Shown in pieces: positions 33,947 through 43,101 of a DNA stretch of 64,000 nt; the stretch's first letter is position 1; the number at the start of each line of letters is the position of its first letter. A program made the translations under genes and the position numbers. Under the pieces are notes generated by a model. It saw nothing but the letters and a program-made list of their open reading frames with translations. It searched no databases and had not been told where the DNA came from. The DNA comes from Montanilutibacter psychrotolerans. GTDB taxonomy: Bacteria; Pseudomonadota; Gammaproteobacteria; Xanthomonadales; Xanthomonadaceae. The stretch covers positions 51,324 to 115,323 of the forward strand of contig NZ_RIBS01000008.1 of assembly GCF_003719825.1 (NCBI RefSeq). The letters are read 5' to 3'.

Positions 33947-34585
33947 TCACAGGCCCTGGAATTCGTCTTCGCCGATCACGCGATAGGCGTTCTCGGTGGC
34001 GAGGTATTCGATGAGTACGACGCGGTCGCCGCGTTGGAACGCCTGTTGCCCGTGGCTGCGCACCTGCAGGGTCAGGGCCGCGCCACCGTCGTCGAACGCT
34101 GCGTAGCCGCGCACCGGCGACACGTCGGGACTGCGCACCACGCCGACCTGGCCGAGGATCGAACGCGCCGATGCCGGGCGCAGACGCTCGAAGACCTTGC
34201 GGAAGGGCCGCAGCACGAACGAGGTCGCAAACAGCCCGGCGAGCGCGGACAGCAGCATCACCACCACGCCCAGCACCCACCGGAGCCACTCGAACGGCAG
34301 GTGGCGCAGCAGCAGGTAGTCGGTGAAGTAGCTCGCCAGCCACGCGAAGAACACCAGCACGGTGAGGATCAGCGACAGCGGAATCCCGCCGAGGCGGAAC
34401 TTCATCAGCAGGCCGGCGACGCCTTCGATGTCCAGGCTGTCGCCATCGGGCACTTGCGCCGCGTCGAGCGCGTCGATCTCGACGATGCCCAGCGCGGCCA
34501 TCAGCCAGTAGCCCGCCGCGACCGTCAGCACAACGCTGAACAGCACGGTGGGAAACGCCAGAACAATCTGTAGGAATACGTCCAT
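33947..34585 (-). CDS. YqiJ/NfeD-like inner-membrane protein (DUF1449-like) with C-terminal OB-fold
   Basis: Three to four TM helices followed by a soluble beta-rich C-terminus (GQVGVVRSPDVSPVRGYAAFDDGGAALTLQV...GDRVVLIEY). Paired with the flotillin gene 40 nt downstream. Confidence 0.7.
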   Translation of the reverse strand: MDVFLQIVLAFPTVLFSVVLTVAAGYWLMAALGIVEIDALDAAQVPDGDSLDIEGVAGLLMKFRLGGIPLSLILTVLVFFAWLASYFTDYLLLRHLPFEWLRWVLGVVVMLLSALAGLFATSFVLRPFRKVFERLRPASARSILGQVGVVRSPDVSPVRGYAAFDDGGAALTLQVRSHGQQAFQRGDRVVLIEYLATENAYRVIGEDEFQGL

Positions 34586-34763
34586 CTCGGCCTCCCCGCC
34601 GGTAGTCCCTCATCCGGCGCCAGGTGGCGCAACGGAGTTCTTGCGAGGCCGATGACGCAGGGCGCGCGGCCCGCTGCCGGGCCGCACATCGCTGCGCTTG
34701 GCCACCGGCGCGGACGCGCTCGGTGGACGGTCAGCGACGCGCCACGCGGCGGCCGAATCGGCC

Positions 34764-35456
34764 TCAGCCGGCGGCCTTTTCCTTGAGTCGCGCCAGCACC
34801 GATTCCGCGCTGGCCGCGTCGGCGATGATGCCGGCCTCGCGCAGCTTGGTGTCGAGCGCGTCCTGGCCTTCTTCCTTGGCCAGCTCGGCCGCGGCTTCCA
34901 TGCGCGCACCGCGCTCGGCCTGCTTGTGCTTGATGCGTTCAAGCGAATCGACCGCGGTCTGCAGCCTGGTCTGCGAGCCGCTGTAGCGGTGCGCGACGGT
35001 GGCCTGCGCACGTTGCACGCTTTCGGTGGCCTTGACCGTGTCGACCTGCTGCTTGAGCCGGCGGATGTTGCCTTCCGCCTGGGCGATGGCGCGACGCAGG
35101 TCGGCCACGCTCGCGGCGAACTGTTCAACCTGCTGCCGGTCGGTGTCGCGGCTGGTCTCGAGCACCGCGATCTTTGCGGCGACTTCACGGGCGAGGTTCT
35201 CGTCGTTGGAACCCAGCGCCTTCATCGCGTAGGCCTCGTATTCGGCGATCTTCTCGTGCGACTTGGCCAGACGGCCCTCGGCGAGCTTGTGCTTGGCCAT
35301 GATCTCGGCCAGCGCTTCCTTGGAGCGGCGCAGCTCGGTATCGGAGTCGCGGATTTCCTGGTCGAGGATGCGCAGCGCCTGGCCGTCGACCAGCGTTTCG
35401 CCGACTTCGTTCGCGCCGCCACGCAGTGCGGTCAACAGCTTGCTCCAGATGTTCAT
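34764..35456 (-). CDS. PspA/IM30 (ESCRT-III-like) family protein, YjfJ-like, 230 aa
   Basis: Entire length is coiled-coil with the PspA/IM30 N-terminal signature (MNIWSKLLTALRGGANEVGETLVDGQALRILDQEIRD...) and the same size as E. coli YjfJ. Confidence 0.85.
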   Translation of the reverse strand: MNIWSKLLTALRGGANEVGETLVDGQALRILDQEIRDSDTELRRSKEALAEIMAKHKLAEGRLAKSHEKIAEYEAYAMKALGSNDENLAREVAAKIAVLETSRDTDRQQVEQFAASVADLRRAIAQAEGNIRRLKQQVDTVKATESVQRAQATVAHRYSGSQTRLQTAVDSLERIKHKQAERGARMEAAAELAKEEGQDALDTKLREAGIIADAASAESVLARLKEKAAG

Positions 35457-35483
35457 GCTCTCGTCTCCTGGCTCGGGCCTGGG

Positions 35484-35924
35484 TTATGCCGCTTCACGCA
35501 GCTGCGACTCGAACGCCTCGGTGGCGCTGATCACGTTGTCGGCAAGCGTGTCGATCTCGAACAGCACGTCCGACAGGCTCGATCCGGCGCTGAGCGCGCC
35601 GAACATGATGTAGACCGCTTCGCCATCGATGTTCTCGATGCCAATCGTCGACAGCGGGAACATCTTGTGGGTGCGCAGGACCTGCTCGTTGAACCCGGCG
35701 GGGTCGCGCACCTGCGAGACCGGCCACAGCAACGCCTCGACCACGATCTGTTCGCCCACCACGGCCATGAACAGGGGCAGGTCGCCGTAGTCGTGCATCA
35801 CCAGGTGCAGGCTGGGCTCGGCCCCGTCGAGCAACTCGACGCGCGCCGCACCGCTTTGGAACTGCTCGATCGCCGACATCGCCTCGTACAGGGCGGTCGC
35901 CGTCCAAATCTTGGGGTCGCTCAT
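35484..35924 (-). CDS. DUF2170 (YjfI-like) protein
   Basis: MSDPKIWTATALYEAMSAIEQF... with a GGAG Shine-Dalgarno 7 nt upstream of ATG 35924. The ORF continues in-frame a further 70 codons upstream (to 36134), encoding a basic N-terminal extension of uncertain reality. Confidence 0.65.
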   Translation of the reverse strand: MSDPKIWTATALYEAMSAIEQFQSGAARVELLDGAEPSLHLVMHDYGDLPLFMAVVGEQIVVEALLWPVSQVRDPAGFNEQVLRTHKMFPLSTIGIENIDGEAVYIMFGALSAGSSLSDVLFEIDTLADNVISATEAFESQLREAA

Positions 35925-36273
35925 TCCTTTCTCCCTCTGGATGGGCGCCAGGCCACGCGGCTGGCGCATGCGCTTCTCGACAGCCAGGAGCTCATCGGTG
36001 AACTCCGGCAGGATCCACAACTCCTTTTTCACCAGCCCCTTGTCGCGCAACCGCTCGCGGTGGCGTCGCTGGTAGTAGGCGGAAGATTTTCGTTCCATGT
36101 AAGACACCATATTCATCACATGTGACGTCGTCAACGGTTACACATGTGATGCCGACGAGCGGTAAGACGTCCGGCTGGCAGGCCCCATCGCACCGGCAGC
36201 GGCAGTCAGTCCTCAAACGAAAAAGCCCGGCGGATCGCTCCGCCGGGCTTCGGTTCACTGCGTGGTTGCGCGC

Positions 36274-38886
36274 TCAGTACTCGCTACGCAGCACCGCCTT
36301 GGTGATCGCAGTACGTGCGTGCACGCTGACATACACGTAGCCGGCCGCCGGGTTGGTCAGGACCACCTGCTCGATCTTGTTGTTGGTGGCCGAGCGGTGC
36401 GTGAACGACGCGGGGCTGGCCCACCCGGTGGTGCTGACGTACAGGTCCGGGTTGCCGCCGCCACTGGCGCCGGTCAGGCCCAAGGACAGCCGCTTCACGC
36501 CGGCCGGCACCTGGATGTAGAAGTACAGGGTCTGCCCGGCCGCGGCCGACAACCCACTGCGCATGCAGTTGCGACCCAGCACCCGGACGTCGGAGGCGGG
36601 GCAGGCAAGCGTTCTTACGACCGTGATCGCGCGAACCTGGGTGTGGCTTGCGCCGTGGTCGTCGGTGACCGTCAGCTTCGCCTGGTAGGTGCCGGGGCTG
36701 CTGTAGGTCTTCAGGACGTCCTTGAGCGTGCTGGAGGTGCCGTCACCGAAATCCCAGACCTGGCTGGCGACGCGGCCATTGGCATCGGTTGCGGTGCTGC
36801 GGAACAACACCTGCGTGCCGCTGGTCACCGCGGTGAAGCTGGCAACCGGCGGCGTGTTGCCACAGGTGGTCGATTGCGGGTCGGCGGCGCACGGCAACCA
36901 GCCAGCGAAGGCCTGGTCGTAGCGCGTGCCGATGCCGGCCATGAAGGTGCCGTAGCCGGTGTAGTTGCCGGGGCGGAAGTAGCCGAGGATCGAATCGACA
37001 TCGCCGTGGCGCTTCTCGAACATGTAACGCACCGCCAGGTAGCCCCACTGGTAGACCCGGGTGGAGCCGCTGGCGTAGTCGTTGCCGTGGATCTGGCTGA
37101 GCTTGTAGGCGCCGGTCGCCGCCTGCTCGCGGGCGCGGACGTAGTCCTCCTTGCGGTACGAGTACGACAGGTATTCGGCCAGGCCCTCGACCCACCACAC
37201 GGTCTTCTGCGACATCGCGGCCTGGAAGTCGCCAAACATGTCGAAGCGTCCATCGAGGTAGTGCACGTACTCGTGGGTCAGGTTCCAGATCTCGAACTTG
37301 GGCAGCAGCCATTCGGCCTGGTAGGCGATGAAGCGCGCCTGGTTGCCGGGGCGGGACGGGTTGCCTTCGAGGTACATGCCGCCGTTGTTGGTGTCGATGC
37401 CGTACAGCGCGCCGGCGTAGGTGCCGTAGTCGTCGCTGCTGCGGAACACCACCATCTCCAGGGCGCTGTTGTTGTCGTTGGCGACCGGGCGCTTGGCCGT
37501 GGCCAGCTGCTGGTGGAAGTAGGCCTCCTGCCCGGCGACCGTGGCGCAGCTCTGTGCAAGCTCGGCCGCGGTCAAGGCCTGCGCGCGGATGCGCAGGGTG
37601 CTGCTGCACTGGTGGCGCACGGGCAGCACGGCCGCGTCGATGCGCGCGGTGTAATCGCACAGCTGGTAGTAGCTGCAGTTGGCCTTGTCGTGGAAGTCGA
37701 CCATCTCGCCCACGCCCATCCACAGCTTGGCCGTGTTGCCGGTGATCTGGCTGCGGTCCAGCATCGACTTGGCCAGCGGTCGCACTTTCGTCCGCAGCGC
37801 ACCGTCGTACTGCAGGAACCGCCCCATCTCGCGACCGGCGTTGGCGACGAGGTAGTCCTGCTCGCCGCCAAGCTGCGCGAAGTGACGCGTGACGAAGCGA
37901 TTCAGCGTGTCGACGATGGCACTGTTGGCCTGCACGGCCGCGCGGAACGCATCGTTGTCATGGCCGCGGAACAGCACCGTGTAGGCGTTGTTCACCGCCG
38001 CCTTCATCCAGTAGTGCGCGTTGTAGCTGGTGTTGTAGCCATCGAGCAGGCGCGACACGGTCGACAGGTAGCGCGCGTTCTCGCCCGAGCTGTCGATCAG
38101 GGTCACGACCTCGGCCAGCACTTCACCGTGCACGTTGTCGATGCGCCCGAAGTTGGCGTTGCCGATGTACGCGTCGAGTGCACCCCGCACGGCCGACGTC
38201 AGGGCGCTGCCGTAGTTGCCGACGGCGTCGTCGTAGAACTGCACGTAGTAGCCGGCGCGCATGAACAGCACCAGTTGCAACGTCGACCCCGCGTTGGTGC
38301 CGTCGTACGACAGCGACGCCGTGCGCAGTCCGTTGGCGACGGTGACCATCTTCGCTTCGTTGAAGGTGCGCTGTGCGGCCGCACCCTTCAGGCCAAACAG
38401 CTCGTTGATGCAGCCGGTTTCGGACGTCTTGATGGCCGTCACCAGTGCCGCACCCGACAACGCACCGAAGCGGTTCACGTCGCAGGCGGCAGCGGCCGTG
38501 AGCGCGGACCGGCCATTGCTGGTTCGCACCGACGGGCGACTCAGCAGGTTGGCGCGCTGCGCGGACGTGTCGGTGCCGGTGCGCAGCCAGTGGCCTTCCG
38601 AGGGCTGCAACGGAATCCGCAGGTTTGGCGGCAGCGGCCGCTGCTGCACGTGATCACCAAACACCTGGCGTTCGGTGCTGGGCGTGATGCCCGCGACCAG
38701 GCGCCCGGCGGCGTTCGTCCTTGCGGCAATCAGCTGCGATGCCGCGGCCGTGGTACCAGCCTGCACGGACGGGGCCACACCGCGCGTTTCGGTACGCCCC
38801 GACGTCGCGGCATAGCTGAGAAACACCGCAGCCGCGGCGGCCGTACCGGCCAACCAGGCCGGCACGGATCTTCTGGAAATCTGCAT
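36274..38886 (-). CDS. Secreted microbial collagenase (peptidase M9) with PKD and pre-peptidase C-terminal domains
   Basis: Signal peptide (MQISRRSVPAWLAGTAAAAAVFLSYA). Zinc motif HEYVHYL with downstream E (M9 Vibrio/Clostridium collagenase type). PKD-like segment (FTAVTSGTQVLFRSTATDANGRVASQVWDFGDG...TVTDDHGA). C-terminal PPC domain. Confidence 0.9.
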   Translation of the reverse strand: MQISRRSVPAWLAGTAAAAAVFLSYAATSGRTETRGVAPSVQAGTTAAASQLIAARTNAAGRLVAGITPSTERQVFGDHVQQRPLPPNLRIPLQPSEGHWLRTGTDTSAQRANLLSRPSVRTSNGRSALTAAAACDVNRFGALSGAALVTAIKTSETGCINELFGLKGAAAQRTFNEAKMVTVANGLRTASLSYDGTNAGSTLQLVLFMRAGYYVQFYDDAVGNYGSALTSAVRGALDAYIGNANFGRIDNVHGEVLAEVVTLIDSSGENARYLSTVSRLLDGYNTSYNAHYWMKAAVNNAYTVLFRGHDNDAFRAAVQANSAIVDTLNRFVTRHFAQLGGEQDYLVANAGREMGRFLQYDGALRTKVRPLAKSMLDRSQITGNTAKLWMGVGEMVDFHDKANCSYYQLCDYTARIDAAVLPVRHQCSSTLRIRAQALTAAELAQSCATVAGQEAYFHQQLATAKRPVANDNNSALEMVVFRSSDDYGTYAGALYGIDTNNGGMYLEGNPSRPGNQARFIAYQAEWLLPKFEIWNLTHEYVHYLDGRFDMFGDFQAAMSQKTVWWVEGLAEYLSYSYRKEDYVRAREQAATGAYKLSQIHGNDYASGSTRVYQWGYLAVRYMFEKRHGDVDSILGYFRPGNYTGYGTFMAGIGTRYDQAFAGWLPCAADPQSTTCGNTPPVASFTAVTSGTQVLFRSTATDANGRVASQVWDFGDGTSSTLKDVLKTYSSPGTYQAKLTVTDDHGASHTQVRAITVVRTLACPASDVRVLGRNCMRSGLSAAAGQTLYFYIQVPAGVKRLSLGLTGASGGGNPDLYVSTTGWASPASFTHRSATNNKIEQVVLTNPAAGYVYVSVHARTAITKAVLRSEY

Positions 38887-39359
38887 ACGCACTACGCTCT
38901 CCTTGCTGGTCACCCGGCCGGCTGGCGTTTCGCGCGCACAGCCCAGGCGGACGGCGCAGCCATCGGCCGGCCGCCCGACCAATGTCGGGATCGGAATGGA
39001 TTGGAACTTCGGTGGCGTGACCACGCTCGGCGCCGGACGGCGTCGACGGTCACGGGAAGCAGCGAAAACGACGTGTAGCGATCGGGCCCCTCCTCGACCC
39101 CGGAAGACGCAGCCCGCATCGCGACGGACGCGCATCCTGCCCAGGCGTCGGCAGACGGCCGCACAAACCTGTAACGCAAATCGTATACGTTATTTTTCGT
39201 TCAGCCGTGACCCAAGGCACGTTCCAGCACGCTGGCACAGCCGTTCGTCAGGCATGGGCGGATGCACCGATGACCCGGCGTCGCGGGATATGCTTCAGAC
39301 GCTGCCCCCGCATCACTGCACGCGGAACCCGCGCGCGCTTTCGGAGACCCCCCTATCCC
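38887..39359. promoter_or_regulatory. Divergent promoter region (collagenase <-> GntR regulator) with AT-rich stretch and a small perfect palindrome
   Basis: AT-rich stretch around 39171-39200 (gtaacgcaaatcgtatacgttatttttcgt), which contains the palindrome cgtatacg. GT..AC-type palindromes are typical GntR-family operators. Confidence 0.35.
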
Positions 39360-40076
39360 ATGAGCATCGTAAGCAGGACGCTGTCGGACCAGGCCTTTGA
39401 TGTCGTCCGCGAACGCATCCTTACCGGCGCGATCCCGCCCCTGGCCCCCATCCGTCAGGAGGCCCTGGCCGAGGAACTCGGAATCAGCAAGATTCCGCTG
39501 CGCGAAGCATTGGGACGGCTTGAACAGCACGGCCTGATCGCCTCGCACCCCAACCGCGGCTTCCACGTCTCACCGCTGTCCAGGGCGGAGGCCGAAGAGG
39601 TGTTTGCGCTACGCGCCAAGATCGAGCCCGACGCCGCCGCACTGGCCAGTCGCAATGCCGACGAGGACGATCGCCTGACTGCGCGTGCCGCGCTGGCGGC
39701 CCTGGAAGAATGCTGCGCGCGCGCAGATCCAGCCGAGACCGCCATCCTCAACCGCGATTTCCACCTGTCGCTGGTCCGCCCGTGCCGACAGCGCCTGACC
39801 ACGCAACTGGTCGAGCGCCTGCACGTGCTCTCGGAACGCTACGCACGCAAGCACCTCGAGCCCGAAGGCCGCGAGGACCGCGCGCTGCACGAGCACCGCG
39901 CCCTGCTCGACGCCTGGCTGCAGCGCGATATCCCGCTGCTCACGCAACTCACCGCCGGCCACATCCTCTCGGCGATCGAGGATCTGCGCGTCCAGTTGCA
40001 CGGCGAAGAGCAGCGCCAGGCGGCCTCGGACGTCGCCGCGGGCGCGGGCACCTCGCGGCGCGGCGCGCGCAAGTAG
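39360..40076 (+). CDS. GntR-family (FCD subfamily) transcriptional regulator
   Basis: N-terminal winged HTH (QEALAEELGISKIPLREALGRLEQHGLI) and C-terminal FCD helical domain. Confidence 0.88.
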   Translation: MSIVSRTLSDQAFDVVRERILTGAIPPLAPIRQEALAEELGISKIPLREALGRLEQHGLIASHPNRGFHVSPLSRAEAEEVFALRAKIEPDAAALASRNADEDDRLTARAALAALEECCARADPAETAILNRDFHLSLVRPCRQRLTTQLVERLHVLSERYARKHLEPEGREDRALHEHRALLDAWLQRDIPLLTQLTAGHILSAIEDLRVQLHGEEQRQAASDVAAGAGTSRRGARK

Positions 40077-40284
40077 ACCGCCACGGCGCGAACGGCAGGG
40101 CTTGCCTACCGTCGCGCACGGCCACCGCCGCCGTGCAGGGTCATTCGAAGGGGTCGGGGATCGCCCGGCCCCGAAGCCCGGCGGCGACGACCGTGGGGCA
40201 CGCCGCAACGCGGCAACGTCGTGGATTCGACAAATCCGTCGCGCGGCACCTCGTGCCGTCGCCGCGACACAAGGCCCGCCGTCG

Positions 40285-40530
40285 TTACGCGCCGATACCG
40301 TGCTGTGCACGCACCTGGGCGATCCGCGCGGCGACGGACGGGTCGATCTTGGTCTGCTCGGCCTGGATGAAGATGTTGTTGAGCACGCGCTTCTCGTCCT
40401 CGTCGATCGTCTCGTCGCGCGAGGCCAAGGCGATCAGCTTGTCGAACTCGGCGACATCCAGCAGGCCGTCATTGCCAAACACGTGAATGGCGGCCAGGGC
40501 GATTTCGAGGTGGCTTTTGGGCTGGCTCAT
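40285..40530 (-). CDS. Small hypothetical protein (81 aa), possibly TerB-like helical domain
   Basis: Acidic helical peptide (DETIDEDEKRVLNNIFIQAEQTKID). Lower GC than surroundings. Confidence 0.45.
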   Translation of the reverse strand: MSQPKSHLEIALAAIHVFGNDGLLDVAEFDKLIALASRDETIDEDEKRVLNNIFIQAEQTKIDPSVAARIAQVRAQHGIGA

Positions 40531-40748
40531 TGCGTACTCCTTGGGTTGTTCGTAAGGGCGGACGCCGGATCATAGCCAAACTGCGAGGGTACCCACGCGG
40601 CATTCCGTGCACGACGACGAATGTGGGACGACCGCGATTCGCCGTACACGTCGTCATCGCGATCGTCGGGTATCCGTCGTGCGTCCAACGGGCAACCCAA
40701 GACTCGCGATGAGTGTGTTTGCCGACACCAGCCAATGCACTCAGTCGA

Positions 40749-41285
40749 TCAGAACGCCTTGCACGTGGGAACGAAGCGCGGGTCGTCGGTGGGCAGCGGC
40801 CACTCGAGCGCGTCGCCTTCGCAACGTGCGGCAGCGGCAGCGCAGATCATTGGGATGGCGTTTTGCTTGTACGAAACGGCGCCCGGCGACGGAAACCCGT
40901 CGGTATCCGGATCGCCGAATGTCGTGGCTTGCACCAGCTGGCCGTCGGCCGCGAGGAATCGCGCCTCCAGGAAGCGCACAGCGACTGAGTGCTGGCCACA
41001 CTCGACGTGCATGCGGACCCGAACGCTGCCGCCGGGCGCGAGGGCCATGCCTTCGGGCATGTCGACCTCCCTTGAGGGCGACTTCGTCCACGCCGCCCAG
41101 CCGCCTTCGTGGGGCACGAGTGAGTTGACATCGATCTCGTGCCAATCCCCCATGTCGGGCATGACGCGCCGCCAATCCGGGCCTGTCAGACCGTCTGCTG
41201 CATCGGCACAGCCCATTGCGCCCAGCAGCAGGGCCAGCACCGACGCCATCGTTCGGACGGAAGGGTTTCGGGAAATCAGGGGCAT
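40749..41285 (-). CDS. Lipoprotein, tandem paralog A (candidate T6SS immunity protein)
   Basis: Lipobox LLLGAMGC. Conserved C-terminus ICAAAAARCEGDALEWPLPTDDPRFVPTCKAF shared with paralog B. Confidence 0.6.
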   Translation of the reverse strand: MPLISRNPSVRTMASVLALLLGAMGCADAADGLTGPDWRRVMPDMGDWHEIDVNSLVPHEGGWAAWTKSPSREVDMPEGMALAPGGSVRVRMHVECGQHSVAVRFLEARFLAADGQLVQATTFGDPDTDGFPSPGAVSYKQNAIPMICAAAAARCEGDALEWPLPTDDPRFVPTCKAF

Positions 41286-41360
41286 GGGTGCTCCGGAAGA
41301 GTGCGAGCCCAAGGCTCGCTATGAGCGAATTGGCCGAGACCTGCCAGCGCACTCAATCGG

Positions 41361-41900
41361 TCAGAACGCCTTGCATGTGGGAACGAACCGCGGGTCGTCG
41401 CGTGTGGGCAAAGGCCACTCGAGCGCGTCGCCTTCGCAGCGCGCGGCGGCGGCAGCGCAGATCATCGGAACCGTCGCCTGCCCGTACGAAATCCCGTTGA
41501 TGGACGTGAGCGCTTCGACTCCGGGTTGCCCCGCCTTGGCAGCGTGGATGACCTCCCCGGACGGCGCGACGATCTTCAACTCAAGGGGGCGCACGTCGGC
41601 CGAATCGCTGCCGCAATCGGCATGCATCAGGATGTGAAGCTTGCTTTGCGGCGGCACGTCGATGCCTTTCGGAATGTCGCGCTCCCACACGGGCGACCTT
41701 GCCCAGCTCGTCCAGCCGCCTTCGTGGGCAACAAGTGAGTTGATATCGATCTCCTGCCCATCCCCCATGTCGGGCATGACACGTCGCCAATCCGGACCTG
41801 TCGGACCGTCCGTTGCATCGGCACAGCCCGTTGCACCCAGCAGCAGGGCCAGCACCGACGCCATCGTTCGGAGGGAAGCGTTTCGGGAAGTCAGGGACAT
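41361..41900 (-). CDS. Lipoprotein, tandem paralog B (candidate T6SS immunity protein)
   Basis: MSLTSRNASLRTMASVLALLLGATGC lipobox and the same conserved Cys-containing C-terminus. DNA-level repeat with copy A includes the flanks. Confidence 0.65.
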   Translation of the reverse strand: MSLTSRNASLRTMASVLALLLGATGCADATDGPTGPDWRRVMPDMGDGQEIDINSLVAHEGGWTSWARSPVWERDIPKGIDVPPQSKLHILMHADCGSDSADVRPLELKIVAPSGEVIHAAKAGQPGVEALTSINGISYGQATVPMICAAAAARCEGDALEWPLPTRDDPRFVPTCKAF

Positions 41901-42024
41901 GGGGTCTCCGGAAGTGTGCGAGCCCGGGGCTCACGATGAGTGCGTTGGCCCAGAACAGCCACCTGCTGGACTCGACGATGATGCTTCGACCGGCAACGTA
42001 TGGACAGGCGACGAGCCGGTGGGT

Positions 42025-43098
42025 TCAACCGAGCTCCGCCGCCATGGACCAGCCCATCCAGACCATCCCGACGAAGGCGCCGCCATACAACAGTGTGGAC
42101 AGCACGTGGGCGACGCGCCACCGGGCATTGACCTGGGGTAAGCGGCCTTCCATCGCGTCGCGTTCGAGCCCCGTCGGCGGCGTGATCGTGTAGGGGTTGT
42201 CGCCTTCCCATGTCATGGCCTCGGTCAGCTCCGGAGGCAGCGCCGGGCGCGGCGCGGTCCGCTCGATCCAGGCCATGGCGCGGTAGTACCAGTACTCCAG
42301 CATCGCCGAAAAGCCGAAGTAGAACGTGTGGAAGAACCCAGGCGGGAGTCGATGTTCCGCATCCACATAGCCTGTGTAGATATCCCGCTCGATACGCGCG
42401 TACAAGGAGGCGCGATCGCCCGGTAACGGTCGGTACGGGACCGCCGGCAGCTGCTTTTGGCTTCGGTCCATGTAGCGACGGATGAACTCCCACAACCCGC
42501 AACCTACTTCGTGGCTGCGGGCGGCTTCGGAGACGGGTATCTGCGCCAGGATGCGACGGCCGGCGGGTTCCATGTCGACCACGTGCAGGCGAAAACCCAC
42601 GTAGCCACCCGCCTGGGTGGCCACGACGTTCATGTTGATCAACGCCACCGCGCGGTCGTAGTCGACGCTGACCCAACCGGACTTGCGATCCTTCCAGTAG
42701 TAGAAGCGACGCAGTCGCCGGCTCAGGATGACGGGCGCCATGGGCAGGCGCGCTGCGCGGTAGGCGATGAAGGCGCCCACCAGCGGAAGCAGCATCACGA
42801 AAGCGGACAGTCCGTACGCGACCAACGGGCCGACCTTCGGTGCCGCGTGCACCATCGACCACACCAATGGCGCGAGCATGAGCAGGCACATCAACCCGCC
42901 GCCGCCGCCCAGCACCCAGCCGAATCCGCGCCAGCTGTTGCGCTCGGTCTGCACGAACTCCAGGTACGCGGGATTGATGTCGCGTACCTGCCCCGCACCG
43001 TCGGGCTGATCGGTGGCGGGCTCGCCTCGCGAAGGCAACAGCAGGCAACTCGGCCCACTGGTGTCAGGGACGGAGCGAAACGGGAGAACCAGACTCAT
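42025..43098 (-). CDS. Polytopic membrane protein, candidate immunity protein for the adjacent T6SS membrane-disrupting effector
   Basis: Multiple TM helices (LMCLLMLAPLVWSMV, LVAYGLSAFVMLLPLVGAFIAY, LLYGGAFVGMVWMGW). Starts 3 nt after the effector stop. Confidence 0.55.
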   Translation of the reverse strand: MSLVLPFRSVPDTSGPSCLLLPSRGEPATDQPDGAGQVRDINPAYLEFVQTERNSWRGFGWVLGGGGGLMCLLMLAPLVWSMVHAAPKVGPLVAYGLSAFVMLLPLVGAFIAYRAARLPMAPVILSRRLRRFYYWKDRKSGWVSVDYDRAVALINMNVVATQAGGYVGFRLHVVDMEPAGRRILAQIPVSEAARSHEVGCGLWEFIRRYMDRSQKQLPAVPYRPLPGDRASLYARIERDIYTGYVDAEHRLPPGFFHTFYFGFSAMLEYWYYRAMAWIERTAPRPALPPELTEAMTWEGDNPYTITPPTGLERDAMEGRLPQVNARWRVAHVLSTLLYGGAFVGMVWMGWSMAAELG

Positions 43099-43101
43099 CG
43101 G

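Larger units (their letters stand above)
40700..41975. repeat. Tandem direct duplication (~610-bp unit, 2 full copies + boundary remnant)
   Basis: Near-identical stretches at 40752/41355 (tcagaacgccttgca[c/t]gtgggaacgaa...), 41205/41805 (tgcatcggcacagccc...cagcagcagggccagcaccgacgccatcgttcgga...), and a ~75-bp boundary remnant at 41901-41975. Confidence 0.7.
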
